In this document: positions 12,601 to 25,016 of the stretch, piece by piece | Layout: each line of letters begins with the position of its first letter | Numbering within the stretch: position 1 is the stretch's first letter | NCBI GenBank assembly: GCA_008632985.1 | Contig: QPGO01000178.1 | Location: 62,001 to 126,000 of the forward strand | Origin: Psammoneis japonica | Taxonomy: Eukaryota | Reading direction: 5' to 3' | DNA length: 64,000 nt | The notes under the pieces: model-generated | Database searches by the model: none | What the model was told of the DNA's origin: nothing | Seen by the model: the letters and a program-made list of their open reading frames with translations, nothing else | Program-made: the position numbers and the translations under genes

Positions 12601-13846
12601 TCAGTAACCGTTATCACTTGCATTGTCATAGGTCTCACTCCAATAACTCTCGTCATCCGATATGCTCATCATGTCACACTCCTCCAAATCAGCACTCGTC
12701 TCTGCTAGCAGTTGTGCCACGTCAGTGTCGTCCTCGAGCTCCTGCTGGTCCTCGGTTTCGTTGACTTCTCGATCCATTGCTTCAAACCATTCTGCAGAGC
12801 CTTCACGAACGTCGGGGATCAACCAAAAAGGACCGTACACTCGGTGGGGAGAATTACTGCCAAAAAGAGAGAGCGCTGCATTTTCAATTTGCCTGGGAAC
12901 TACAGTATGCACATGCACCTCACTGCTTTGATGTGTTATGTCCCTGGGATAGTCATCAAGCAGTTCAATGCAACGCCGGTCGAATCAGCTGCATGATGAG
13001 TTGAACTAGGAACGTCCATGCCCATTTGTACACTTCGCTATCCATTCGCGCCACACCAGCACGATGGGATAGCCGACGAACGATGCGTTCACGGAGAAGG
13101 GCATTATTGTCACCTATAATTTCCGCTGCGTGATCTAAAGTCAAAGTTGGTCGATCTACATACCACGTACCAATCCACCCCAACCCATTTGGCTCGACAA
13201 CGAACTCTCGCAACAACACGTCACAGCGACAAAAATTCCGTTTCGTCAAAACAGGATACCAGCCTGTGGCCTCCGCAAGCTCAATGGAACTCTCGTGTGT
13301 CCGTTGAAAAGCAATAAGCATATGTTCCTGTACAAGCTCTGCCAATGCGTAGAGCGTGTCACCTCGAAATTGGAATCGGTGGTGGCTGACAATTCGTATT
13401 CGACGAATTCCCTCTACTTTTTCTTCAGTAAGAATAGCATTGACGGCGACACCGTTAGTATTTGTCGCAAGATTACAGTCGAGCAAAATGGAGGCTTGGT
13501 CTGAAAGAATAGAGTTGACAAGATTACACCATCCAGCCACACCAAGCTCGTCTACGAGTATATTCTTGGTAATGCCGCCTTCATTCGGATGAGAACTCCC
13601 CTCCTGCTCCTTGCGAATTTCGTCGATGGCGGTCGCCACACAAGCACGGTCACGGTTGGAATGTAGCCTGACATCCTCTCTAAACGGCCCATCGCCAAGA
13701 TGCTTCCACGTCGTGTCGTTTCCGACCACGTTACGCAGTGTTTTGCACGTTTGCTCGCACCGCAGCAACGTTTTTGTGTCATCGGCTGCAAGGATGAGAA
13801 TCTTCTGGATCAACACTTCCGGGAGACCTTCGAGGGGGCTCGTCAT
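12601..13846 (-). CDS. F-box protein with tandem histone H3-like and H4-like folds and acidic tail (1-nt frameshift near 12972)
   Basis: F-box LEGLPEVLIQKIL...LLRCEQTCKTLRNVV; H3-like TAIDEIRKEQEGS, FQFRGDTLYALAELVQEHMLIAFQRT; H4-like IVRRLSHRAGVARMDSEVY...LIRPA, HTVVPRQIENAA, RVYG. Confidence 0.75.
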
Positions 13847-14293
13847 GATGAAGAAGCCTTTTTTCTTGTGCGTGTCTTCTACTTTTATTGGTGTACTTTT
13901 TGTGAAAACACGGTTCTGCGTTATTGCGATGCCTCTATCGCGTTGTCGTTTTGCGTTGCCGCAAGCCGCAAGACACGCGCACGCGCGCACAGAAGAAAAA
14001 GACCCGCACGCAATCTGCTTCGGAGGAGTCAAAGATCAAGCAGGAGCACCTCTTTACTCTAGCTAGACTAGAGAGTAGAGAGTAGTGTAGAGAGTGGAAT
14101 TTATGAGATGCACTAGTTTTGGAGCGACCTGATTCTCTCTATCGCGATTTTATGCCCGAATGAACCATAAAGTGGTGAGCAGCGTGCAAATCGAACAGCG
14201 GGGTGGATCCTCTTTTTTTTTTTTCTCGTTCGCAACCAGCTGGCGAGAGTATAGGGGCTCATGCTTACTCTTTCCAACTTGAAAAACGTGTAG

Positions 14294-15637
14294 CTATTGA
14301 TTGTTTGCAATCTTTTTTAGAACAATAACAAAACAGCTGGGCACCACCGTGGGCGTAACGGTATTGACACGGAAGCCCCCGCTTCTTGCAAACTCGTCCC
14401 ATTCGGAAATTGTTCGTGCGCCTTCACGTCCCACTACCAACATGAGCGCGTCTGCTAGAAACGGTAATTGGCTTCTTGCGTCTTTGTCTGGATTCTGTAT
14501 ATTCTCAAGAATAGCTTCTCCAATGATTACTAGTCCATCCTCTGGCAGCGCCGCATGGCATGTCTGTAAGATTCGTCTCGAGTCTTCCTCACCCCAATCG
14601 CACAGGACAATGTGCTTCATAAAGATGACATCGCACGCTGGAATCGTTGAGGGGTCAAACATGTCCCCCGACACAAAGCGAACACTGGTTTTGTTGGCAG
14701 ATTCTATGACGAGCTCGTCAATGACTTGCGGTAGATCGAGACAGACGCATCTCACATTGGGATACTGGCGTGCAACTGCCTGCATGACGAGACCTCGATG
14801 ACCTCCCAGATCCACGACTGTCTTGCCGTTGAGCGCTCCCCAATCAAATCCCTGTACACAGGCCTCTATCTCTTGTTCTGACATCCATTTCACAAAGGTA
14901 TTGGCGTGTTGCAGAGAGTCTGGATGTGTGCTGTAATAATCAGCGGCGCTCATGGAGTTGGCAGCATCAAATGGCAGCTGCAAAGAATCTTTCACTGAAT
15001 CCTTGCCAGCCACAAACGCCGGAACATGCGCCCATGCATCCCACAGTGGCTTTTCTAGTAAGTGAAGAATCATGCTCGCAGCCCCGTTGCTTTGCTTTTC
15101 GTCCTGTCTTAATAGCCTCCCAGCAGCAGTGAGTCGAAAAGCAACTTGTTTTTCTGATGGGTAAGACGAGTTGTTGCCCTCAGCGGCTGATTCCTCTTCG
15201 TGAAAGATCCCCACGGAAGCCAATACACGCATCAGTTGAAGCAGAGCTCTCTTGTTCGGCTTTTTGACATCACATTCGGCCTTAATATGCGATATAATAT
15301 CGTCCATTGCCATTAGAGCATCCTCTTGTCGAGCAAACATGTCAGGAATTCGGAGTTGCACTACGGTGAATAAAGCTCGAGAAACGACATGTGACATGGC
15401 CAGCTGCATCAAGAGCTCAATGCTGCTTGATTCATCATTATCGTCATTGAAGGATGATGGATTCTCACTTGATCCAACCTGGCGTCGCTGGACCTTAAGC
15501 AACCGGCGACCGGACAGAACACCGTGACGAAAGTCTGCTGACCGACGAAAGCTTTCGGGAACTGGTATGAAAGCCAAACTTCCTTTCCAAACACAACAAA
15601 TCCACATATATAGCCGAACGAGATCAGCACGAAGCAT
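14294..15637 (-). CDS. SAM-dependent O-methyltransferase (COMT/ASMT family), probably plastid-targeted
   Basis: Dimerisation domain VSRALFTVVQLRIPD; VVDLGGHRG, LDLPQVI, GDMF, DVIFMKHIVLCDW, GREGART; signal + SLA-FIP cleavage motif. Confidence 0.9.
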   Translation of the reverse strand: MLRADLVRLYMWICCVWKGSLAFIPVPESFRRSADFRHGVLSGRRLLKVQRRQVGSSENPSSFNDDNDESSSIELLMQLAMSHVVSRALFTVVQLRIPDMFARQEDALMAMDDIISHIKAECDVKKPNKRALLQLMRVLASVGIFHEEESAAEGNNSSYPSEKQVAFRLTAAGRLLRQDEKQSNGAASMILHLLEKPLWDAWAHVPAFVAGKDSVKDSLQLPFDAANSMSAADYYSTHPDSLQHANTFVKWMSEQEIEACVQGFDWGALNGKTVVDLGGHRGLVMQAVARQYPNVRCVCLDLPQVIDELVIESANKTSVRFVSGDMFDPSTIPACDVIFMKHIVLCDWGEEDSRRILQTCHAALPEDGLVIIGEAILENIQNPDKDARSQLPFLADALMLVVGREGARTISEWDEFARSGGFRVNTVTPTVVPSCFVIVLKKIANNQ

Positions 15638-15998
15638 TCTTCACCTCCATCCCCGACGATCAGACACAAAGAGCCGTCACCTCGTCATGGTGGGCAAATG
15701 TCAGGTGTACTGTAGCTTTCTCGATATCTTTCCTTGGCAAAATTTCATTTGTGGCGGGAAACGATGACGTGGATATTTAATTTTATTCACACCCAAAGTT
15801 TATTAAATTCGGAAGATCCTCTCACTTCAATCTTGCTTGTCTCGCTTCCTGTATTGTACCTCCATGTACTGGTGTTATTGTTGCTATCTCTAGAGGAAAG
15901 CGTAGAGACGATCGTTCGCATCTACTTACTTTGTTGCTTGATTTGCTTGAACATTTCCTCTGATTTTGTTTTTGTATAGTGGTGTTGCTAACGTCGTC

Positions 15999-17119
15999 AT
16001 GAAGCCACCGAACAAAAGATGCAGTCTCGCCTCGCTCCTGCTGCTAGTTTGGTGCTGCTGCTGGCCGAATGTAATGTCGTTTGTGCCTGCTGCACGGAAA
16101 CCAGCATTCCGTAAAAGCCTCTTGTTAATGGGAAAAGGCTTTAACCGAGCTGGAAATAAACAAGCTCAGCTTGCCAAAAAGATGCAATTGGCGAAAAAGC
16201 AACACGGCAAAGAACCGTCCGTAAAAGAAGCTGCACCAGTCGACGAAGAAACAGACGAGCTGCGACAAGAATTTGCAGAACTCTTGGCCAAGAACAAACA
16301 AATACCACAAGAGGAAGAAGAACTTACGGCTTCTCAGAAAAAGGTCCCTGTTGCCCCCCGAGAAAAGCGAGTTGGCCCCAAAATTAAGGCACGGGATGTA
16401 AAGAAGCGAAAGAAAGCCACAGCGAAACTGCAAGACGCACAAGACCAAGGTACGTGAAGAACAACGTAAAGTTTGAGCGCATTTGTGAGCTTGACGAAAT
16501 TGTAACTTATGTTCCGTTGGATGGCTTTATGAAGAAATGGAGGAAGAACCTGCCGTTTTCGGAGAAGGAGATGTTGCCCAACGACATCACTTTGAAAAGC
16601 TGATATCCCTAGAAAGCAAGCAACCTCTCGGACCAATGGGAGCAGCACAGCTGGTTCCATGGGTGCCTCCATTCTTATCGAAATATCTAGTAGTATTGGC
16701 GGATCCACGAAAGCAATCTGGCGACCTGCGGCAGGCGATTCAGTATCTATCCTCAACCTTGTCGCCCGAGATCCTTGAACAAGTCGCAGTGATTACGGCG
16801 GATCCAAACGAAGATACTCAAAAGTATGGATCTTATTGTGCTCTAACTATTTCTCTTTCAATCATTGCCTGTTCTAAAATTGTGTTTTGTATTGTGCTCT
16901 ATCAGATGGATGGCGAGAAACGAGGTCGATACGCCTATTCGGATATTCTCGGATCAAAAATTGGAATGGATGCAAACGCACTCTGCCGTTGTGGATGACG
17001 ATATATGGTCCATGTCTCTCTTTATATTCTGCACAGATGGAGTCATTCAAAAGCATTCGCGGCGAGTGGACCCATCCAATGCTGGCAAAATAATTACGGA
17101 CTTTGTGCAATCCATGTAA
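15999..17119 (+). CDS. Plastid-targeted hypothetical protein, possible C-terminal thioredoxin-like fold; introns 16450-16534 and 16824-16905
   Basis: Signal + VMS-FVP motif; GT-AG introns join ORFs 15966..16457, 16537..16998 and 16865..17119 in frame. Confidence 0.7.
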
Positions 17120-17344
17120 AAAACGGCGTTGAATCTGCTTGCCGCTGCAAGGATTGCCGCTGAAACTATTTGCTTCGAACACGGTATGCTACCGTTGACA
17201 AACCACATTGAACATGCTCCTTCTTTTTGTCTTAAACCTATTGTTTTGCAGTGATAAAGCTGCATGTTGCGTGAAAGCGTCATACATCAATGGTTTTATT
17301 GAGTAGCTTACCTTATTTTGAAGTTAATATTGTCTGCAAGAAGA

Positions 17345-17688
17345 CTACAGAGCCACCGAATCGTATTCAACATCTACAGTGAGCATGAGAGAATCTGCTA
17401 ATGTATCGTCCTCTTCTTCTCTTCCCTCCTCGGTTACAATTCCACCATCCCAACTTGTACTTTCATTAAAAATGAAACGTCTTATTTGCAACAGCCACCT
17501 TCCAAAAAAGAATATTCCAACTATCAGGGAAGCGGTCTCCAAAACCAGATCGTATCGGAAGTTCGCAGTCCAACGACTTCAGAACTTCCCCATACCGCTC
17601 CTGTAGCTCCCAAGACCTCGAGAATAAATCGAGGTAGGAATGTTTGGAGAACCCTTGACAAAACTGGCTCTTTGTTAGTCCTGCTCAT
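17345..17688 (-). CDS. Small membrane protein (1-nt frameshift near 17535)
   Basis: MSRTNKEPVLSRVLQTFLPRFILEVLGATGAVWGSSEVVGLRTSDTIWFWR continuing into ASLIVGIFFFGRWLLQI of ORF 17345..17542. Confidence 0.55.
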
Positions 17689-18210
17689 TGTGTACCTCCC
17701 TTCACTCTAGCCTTATCGTCGAAGCACTTTCTGTGGTCCCGAGAATCCGAAAGAATGTGAGAATGTGCCAAAATCCGAAAAAGTATTGCGGTGTTTTGCT
17801 CGTCTATTATTTCTATTAGGGTATATTATATAAATTATTAACGCATGATGTGTGACATTTATATATCGCCGAAACAGCTCAAGTACGTATACCCAATTAA
17901 TAAGAACATATTATTGTATTAAATTTATGTATATTTATACTTTTTCATTATGCTATGTACTATAATGAAAAATTATGGGGGGGAAACGCACGCCGACAAG
18001 ATTTTTACGTCTCTCTACACTGTCGTTTTGTGCGACTTTCTCAACTTTTTGTTGACTCCCACCATGACAAACCACAACGCTGTGTCATGGCATTCTTTCA
18101 TTGTGGTAAAATAGATGATGGCCTTGCAAGGCGTTGTGGTTAGAATCATCTCTGGTGTCACCGCTTCTGTGTCCTCCTCAGCCTGTTTTGAGGCCATTTG
18201 GTGGTGCACT

Positions 18211-18576
18211 TGCAGTATGCGACTGTTATATACATATTTATGATTATATATTATTTATATGTCAATCGTACCACAGTCGTGGATGCGTACAAAGGACAGA
18301 ACGATCACACAGAGTTGATCGGATGTCGAGAATTGCAAATACGATCGATTGACGATGTTGACATCTTACGTGTCAATAGCAATCGTATCCGGACAATCTG
18401 TTGTCACGAATATATTCTCCGAAAGGCCTTTTGTCTGTAGAAGCAGTACAGAAGCTTTAGGCCATTGAGAACTCGTTCGGAGAAACCAAAAATCACAGAG
18501 CAAAATTAATCTCATAATTTCCACTTTTCGTACACTATTCTACTTTCGTTTACACTCGTTCTTCGAGCATAGTGCA
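18211..18576 (+). repeat. 5' LTR (366 bp)
   Basis: TGCAGTATGC...GCATAGTGCA; differs from the 3' LTR by 2 substitutions and 1 indel by eye. Confidence 0.95.
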
Positions 18577-21500
18577 TTGTGTATACACACCACAGAAGGT
18601 AAAAAGCACGGAAAATGAAAATTTTAACTAATGTGCCTTTGCAAATTCTTCTATAAACAGGAACGAATCGCATCAGTTCTGCTGGAATCGATTTCCGAGC
18701 GGAAGAAGCTCAAGCCGAGCAGTACCTCAAGATGGAACGCTGTTTTTCGTCTACCAGACAAGAGGATTCGCTCTAATACGGTCTATTCCAAGCACCCAAG
18801 GATCAAGGGCTCTCAAGTACACCGCATTATCAAAAAATCTACACCAAGTCATGGTTGCAGAGAATGCAAGTTCCGAGTCGATCAGATCCGAGAAATACGT
18901 CTACCATGCAAGGAGAGACTATTGGAGAGTTTTTTGAGACCGAATCGATGATCCTCGAGTCCAAGGAGCAAGAGGGAATCGTTGGAAAGTACCTCAAGCG
19001 TCTCATAACTCATGTCCTCCGAGGAAATGCACTTCAGAATCAGGGAAATTATTTTCGAGACGACCTGAAGAAACCAGAGCCGCTCAACAGCAAGAAAGCC
19101 TCTGATAGACCCAAGAGGTCAACGATGAGAGTCTATACGACCCTCAGATGGATTCTAAGTCGAATCTAGCGGGAAACCGAGCGCTGATTTATCAGCTATC
19201 ACTCGCACCGCAAGGATGGCAGCATCAGCCTACTGTCCAAAATATTGAACCACTGGATCATACCCTTGACGAGCTGATTGAGGTTTGAGTCGTCTAGAGG
19301 TCGGCGAGGACGTCTGTGACAAAAAAACATATCAATTCAGGCTCTGATAGCGCAGTTGATTCCACAATCAAAAAGGTTCCAATTTTGGTTCCAAAAATGG
19401 TCTCCCACATGGTGCCAGAACAATCCAAAGTGAATGCAAGGTCTTATCTTTGAAAAAAGAACACCTGCATCACGGATTGAAGCTATTCTAAAAATGAACT
19501 AGCAAAAGAGTGCAAGGGTGACTCTGAAAGAGACCCAAAAATGCGCCGTTCAAATGGCAATCGCACGCGGTCGCGTCGCGATAACGAAAATGCCGCTCGC
19601 AAAAAAGAGTTGAACGTCATGGTTGATCAGGCGGTTCAAAAAATACTCAAAGCGAGTTCCTCGAACAAAGAAAAAGAGCATAAGGGCAAAGAAACAGATT
19701 CTGATACCCTCAGTGAAGAAAAATACCAATTTGATCGGATGATCCAGACTGAATCCGAAGAATAATTTTGGTCTATTCACGAATTGTATGCTTTACTGGA
19801 TATTAGGAAGCCTAGAAAAAAGGCAGAAATAATTCATACTAGTCCAGGAGTCATCATTTATATGAATACTTCCTTGGGAAAGGAGAGAAAAAAGCATCTA
19901 CGTGTTCCTATCGATAACGGAACATCGTCAACCATAATTTTGCGCAAATTCGTGCGAAAGTTGAGAACACAAGAATCCGCCACCAAAAACTTGGGAAACC
20001 AAGGGTGAGCTCTTTACGACTGATAGTAAACACCGAATTCAGTTCTCACTATGCGAAATTTAAGGCATACTGATATTCAAACAGTATATGTTGAAAACAC
20101 CAAATTTTCTTCAGGTTCAAATGATATGATCATGGGACGCGACTTAATGTCCAGTCCTGCAAGTCATATTGGACTACGCAAATGAAGAAATCTAATGGGA
20201 AGAAGCAATTACCTTATGAAGAATGTTCATACACTCTTCGATGCCGATGTTTTCAAGCTGAAAACCGATCACATTGAAAAATATGACGCCGTGAATAGAG
20301 TTAATAACGGAACCAATGGTCCTCGACTCACATTATCACGTCATCGATCCTAATCAAGTGACAACTACGGCGATGCATCTAACCCAAATGAACACAACCA
20401 ACTCAATCTTCTTCTTAAGAGGTTGAAATCTTTTTGAAAAGTTCCTCAGACGAATGTATGGGAAGAACCAGTGGATCTCATCGTGGAAAATCTGACGCGA
20501 TTCCACGACGCGTGAGAACCTTCTCCTATCATAGTCTTTGGAGGCGTCCAATCAAAAGGAGTTTGACCTATTATGAAAGATTGAAGTCTTAAGAATGAAA
20601 TTACTCTGAATAAGTCGCTCTGAGACTCATTGTCTAAAGAAAACAGGTCGAGTTCGACCGCATCCGACACTCAGAAGCTTAGTATAAGGTTCATACAGGT
20701 GGTGTATCCTTTACCCAATATTCAGGAAATACTATTGAAGCAAGAACGTTTCATATATGTAATCTATTTGATTCAAACATGGAATGCCACCATGTCAAAT
20801 AAAAAAAGCACACGTCGTGCTCACACGAAAATCATGCCGTGGGGAGAAAATGAGTACTATGGACTTCCAATGAGAATCTATAGAGCCCCAGATATTTTTA
20901 TACAACACTTGAGTGAACTCATAACAGGTTTGAAGTTGTCAGAACGACTATATGTGATCGTTTGTGCCTGACAAAAGTAACTTCAAAATATCACCTGTAC
21001 AAGTAACAGCTTAATACGGCATTCAAACGACTAGAACAGTCGCTTAGAAGGTTAACAACAAAAGTCCTTCACTATTTAACTTGAAATAAACTATCAAGAC
21101 TTCCATACGTAACGATATGCAATCGATTACAAAGAAAATGGAGGCGATTCAAGCAATCGCAACACGAGAAAAACGTAAAGAACACTACGACATCTCGTTG
21201 TCATACGTTACTATTATCGAGACATGTAGTCTCAACGATCTCCTGTACAATACTAGCCAAATTCACCTCAATAAAGGTCAAACGGCAAAAGTACAAGTAC
21301 GGAACGAAAAGTCTCCGAAAATATGGAGCGTATCAAATCAAAAACTATATTGTTATCATACACGGATTTCAATATTATACGTTACAACGGAAAAAAGAAC
21401 TTCTGTCCATAGTGAAAACACTTATAAAATTCCGAAATATACTGTTTGGCCAACAGATTTATACATATACGGATCATAAGACACAACGGACAAAGTCATA

Positions 21501-22561
21501 CGTTGACAACTTCAGTCCCGAATTAAATACAACGAGGGCAAGGCGAACATCGTCGCGATAGACGCGATCAGCCGACTTACTATAGAAAATTGAATCCTAC
21601 GACAATGTCCTACCGTTAAAACGGGATAAAGACATTCCCTCCAAATTGTCGGACGCGACATATCATACGAACACTTTTCGTGGAGGCGAGCGAGATCGAA
21701 AAATGCTCATGTCACAAGGATAAAATCGCCTTTTTAAAGGACGATTTAGGAAAAAACAGTGACAGATTGGTATACATTATACGTATCCACTTCACACTGG
21801 CAAAAGACAATCTCACAACACCCGTACGGTTGTATTGTACAATGTACGAGGCAAGACATTAAAATATACATCATGTCGACACACGAGATGTGCCAAAGAT
21901 CTAGAAAAAGAAAAGAAAAATGGACATTTATCCACTTAGTGCACGAAACCAGTGCCTTCGGAATGACAAAATAACACCGGTATGTCAGAAAGAAACGTCC
22001 AAATAACGATTAAAATCCAACTGATAGATGGTTGAAGTACAAAAAAAAAATCCATAATGGAATTCATAACCATCACAGGATTGATTATCAAGACGAAATG
22101 GTCATAATATCTTTGACCATCGTTTTTATTACTTATGAAACGTGGTAGTGCAGCAGAGCAATATGGCATATAAAGTAAGCCCGCCAAACTACATGAAATC
22201 CACAAGTAAGTAAGTGAACGCCATAATTAAGAGCGTACATTAAGTACTGGGCACGATGCTATGTACAATCGATATCAGGAAAAACACTTACTCCAGGACA
22301 ATTAGTCCTTGTGTTCATATCAACAAGAACGTCAATGAGAATACTCGACGTAATACTATATATATACATATTAAGTGAGAAACAAACAATGTCACTCTCA
22401 AAAGACATTCGGAAATTGGAACGGCCCTATATTGCCTATACAAAACAACAACAGTCATTGCTAATGGCACAATACAGTGAAGTGGAGACATTATTGACAC
22501 TGTCGATGTCCGTCGAATAATCCACTTACAAATGACTCTAATGTGCAATTAGGGAGGCGAA

Positions 22562-22928
22562 TGCAGTATGCGACTGTTATATACATATTTATGATTATAT
22601 ATTATTTATATGTCAATCGTACCACAGTCGTGGATGCGTACAAAGGACAGAACGATCACACAGAGTTGATCGGATGTCGAGAATTGCAAATACGATCGAT
22701 TGACGATGTTGACATCTTACGTGTCAATAGCAATCGTATCCGGACAATCTGTTGTCACGAATATATTCTCCGAAAGGCCTTTTGTCTGTAGAAGCAGTAC
22801 AGAAGCTTTAGGCCATTGAGAACTCATTCGGAGAAACCAAAAATCACAGAGTAAAATTTAATCTCATAATTTCCACTTTTCGTACACTATTCTACTTTCG
22901 TTTACACTCGTTCTTCGAGCATAGTGCA
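22562..22928 (+). repeat. 3' LTR (367 bp)
   Basis: Direct repeat of 18211-18576, preceded by polypurine tract. Confidence 0.95.
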
Positions 22929-25016
22929 CACTGGACATTTGCAGCAGCATTCCCACCCACTCTCAACCTTTGGAGCAGCTTGGGAAGCAGTGATGTCACT
23001 TTGTGAGCACCACACCAGCACACCCTAATCTCAGAGGTCAAGGCAGGGCCAGCAAAAAAAAAGACAGCTTGACTGGGCATGCTGAAGCAGCAAGAGGCGC
23101 AGGGGGTGACAGGAAAACAAGGCGAGCTGGCGACTTTGTGCGCATTGTCACCAGTGTGCCTTGTGTGTGTGCGCACAAGAGCATGGACAAAATTGACAGC
23201 ATTCTAAGTCAGTCTGAGGGTTGTGGCACCCCAAGTGAAAACGTTGTTGCTGTTTCATGAGCAGTGCACAGCGACCTTGATTTGAGCGCTGTTTTGGTGC
23301 CAGCTGGCACGGCAGCTTCATGATGTGAGTGCACAATCTCCAGCAAAGTTGGGCAAGCAAGCAACCAGCTCTGTGTCAGTGCCAACTCATTTTGCTGGGT
23401 GGGGCTCATGACCCACAAAGACAGAGAGGTCAGTTGCGTGCACCGACACACAGCAGTGCTCCTCACTTTCTCAAGCACTCCCTTGTGTGAAGCTGCATGT
23501 TTCAGAGCATGGTTTTTGCCATTTGCCCAGGCGTTTGGTGGCCATTGCACACAGCATTGCTTTGCCTCCTTTCCAGCTGTTCTGTCACACAACAGACCAC
23601 AAACAAGGGGCAAAAATGACGGCATTGCCTTTTCTCCTTTTTGTGTGCTTCCAGGACTTTTTTGGGTCTTTTGGCCCACCCCATTTTTGCTCTGTGTTTG
23701 CAACCCATGTGTCAAACACAGTGTCAAAAGATTGCTCCTGTCAGCCATGCCCCACCCAACTTTTCACCTCTGATGCTGTTGCTCAATTTCTCCTGAGAAT
23801 TTTGGCATTTTTGGCTTGCTGGTTGCGCTGATGTCGCTGTCTGCAGATTTTCTCAAGTCATGGCACATGGGTCAACCAAAGGTTTGCCACATTCCAAAGA
23901 AAATTTGTTGGAGGACTTGGCAAAAAGGTCAGCAAAAGCTGATCATCATAAATTTCATCATGCCAAGAGATGTGCAGCCAAGCTGCTCTTCTTTTCACAG
24001 TTGCCCCAGTGCAAGCTGCTCGGGAAACCTGTGCCTGGCACATGCTCTGGCTCCAGGTGGAGCTCCAACTCAGTGTGCTGGCTGCAGAAAAAAATTGCCA
24101 GGTGATGAACACATCAAAGATTGCCAACCGAAAACAAGAGAGATGGTTTTGTGAGTGCTCGAACTCCCTGCACTTGAACGAGCACATCATTTCTGTCTAA
24201 AAATGCCCAGCCAAGTGGAAGGTGATGCATGAAAATGCTGATGACAAATGAAAGCTCATGTGATGGCATGCAGCAGCACAAGGTCCTGCCCCCAGATCCA
24301 GTGGTGGAGTGCATCATCCACATCCACCACACTCCTGCACACAACCACCAGCAGGAGGAGATTGGGAGGCACATCAAAGTGTGCCACAGATGACAGATGC
24401 TGTGCAGCTCACTGCAGAGAAAGGTGCAATGCTTGTCATGAGCCCACTCAAACAAAGGAAGAGGTTGGGGTTTCTGTTTTAAAAAATGAGAGACTGCACT
24501 CACTTCAGAGGCTCAAAATGTGAGCTCTGTTGCCACGCTGAGTTCGGCTCAGACTGTGCATGATGGAATGCGTTCAGTGCAGATCGGAGACCAACAAGAG
24601 ATGGTGGTCTGTGCCCCCCCTGCATGAGTGAGGGGTTGCCTTCTGTGATCTGCTCTACATTGGATGGCTGACACAAAAGCAGAGCACGAGCCTGCGAGTG
24701 CCGTGCGAGCTGCAACTGGCTCTTGCTCACGCTCCTTTCTTTCATCAGTTTAAAACCAGAGTGCTTGTCCAAGAGTGCATCAGCCACCAGAGGAAAGCAG
24801 AGTCAAGAGCAACAGAGGGCAATTGACCTGCCGATTGAGAGTACAGCGAAATGCATGCGCAATGTCATCATCCAACTGAAGCATCAAGGAAGTTTCGCCT
24901 CGGCTGGGGGTTTCCGGATCGGCTCCATGTGCTCTGCCACAGTCAATTAATAGCGCTCGCTCCTGCGCGCACAATAAGCTCGAGCAATAGCGCGACTCCA
25001 AAACGCCAACACGACC

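Larger units (their letters stand above)
18211..22928 (+). mobile_element. Ty3/gypsy LTR retrotransposon with decayed gag-pol
   Basis: TG...CA LTRs, 4-bp TSD CACT (18207-18210, 22929-22932), polypurine tract AGGGAGGCGAA 22551-22561; remnants in PR-RT-RH-IN order (IDNGTSSTII; YPLPNIQEIL, MPWGENEYYGLPM..APDIF; KKMEAIQAI; GKANIVAIDAISRL; CQRSRKRKEK). Confidence 0.93.
18015..24840. mobile_element. Degenerate TpA-depleted repeat, interrupted by the LTR element at 18211-22928
   Basis: About 7 TpA in 22933-24840; same TG/CA-rich composition on both sides of the CACT target-site duplication. Confidence 0.65.

Noticed and set aside
14060..14100. TAGAGAG-type short repeats as telomeric or element ends
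   Set aside because: Short, irregular low-complexity run with no supporting structure
22933..24840. Numerous Cys/His-rich ORFs on both strands as novel metal-binding proteins
   Set aside because: They arise from loss of TAA/TAG and Tyr codons in TpA-erased DNA; no coherent domain
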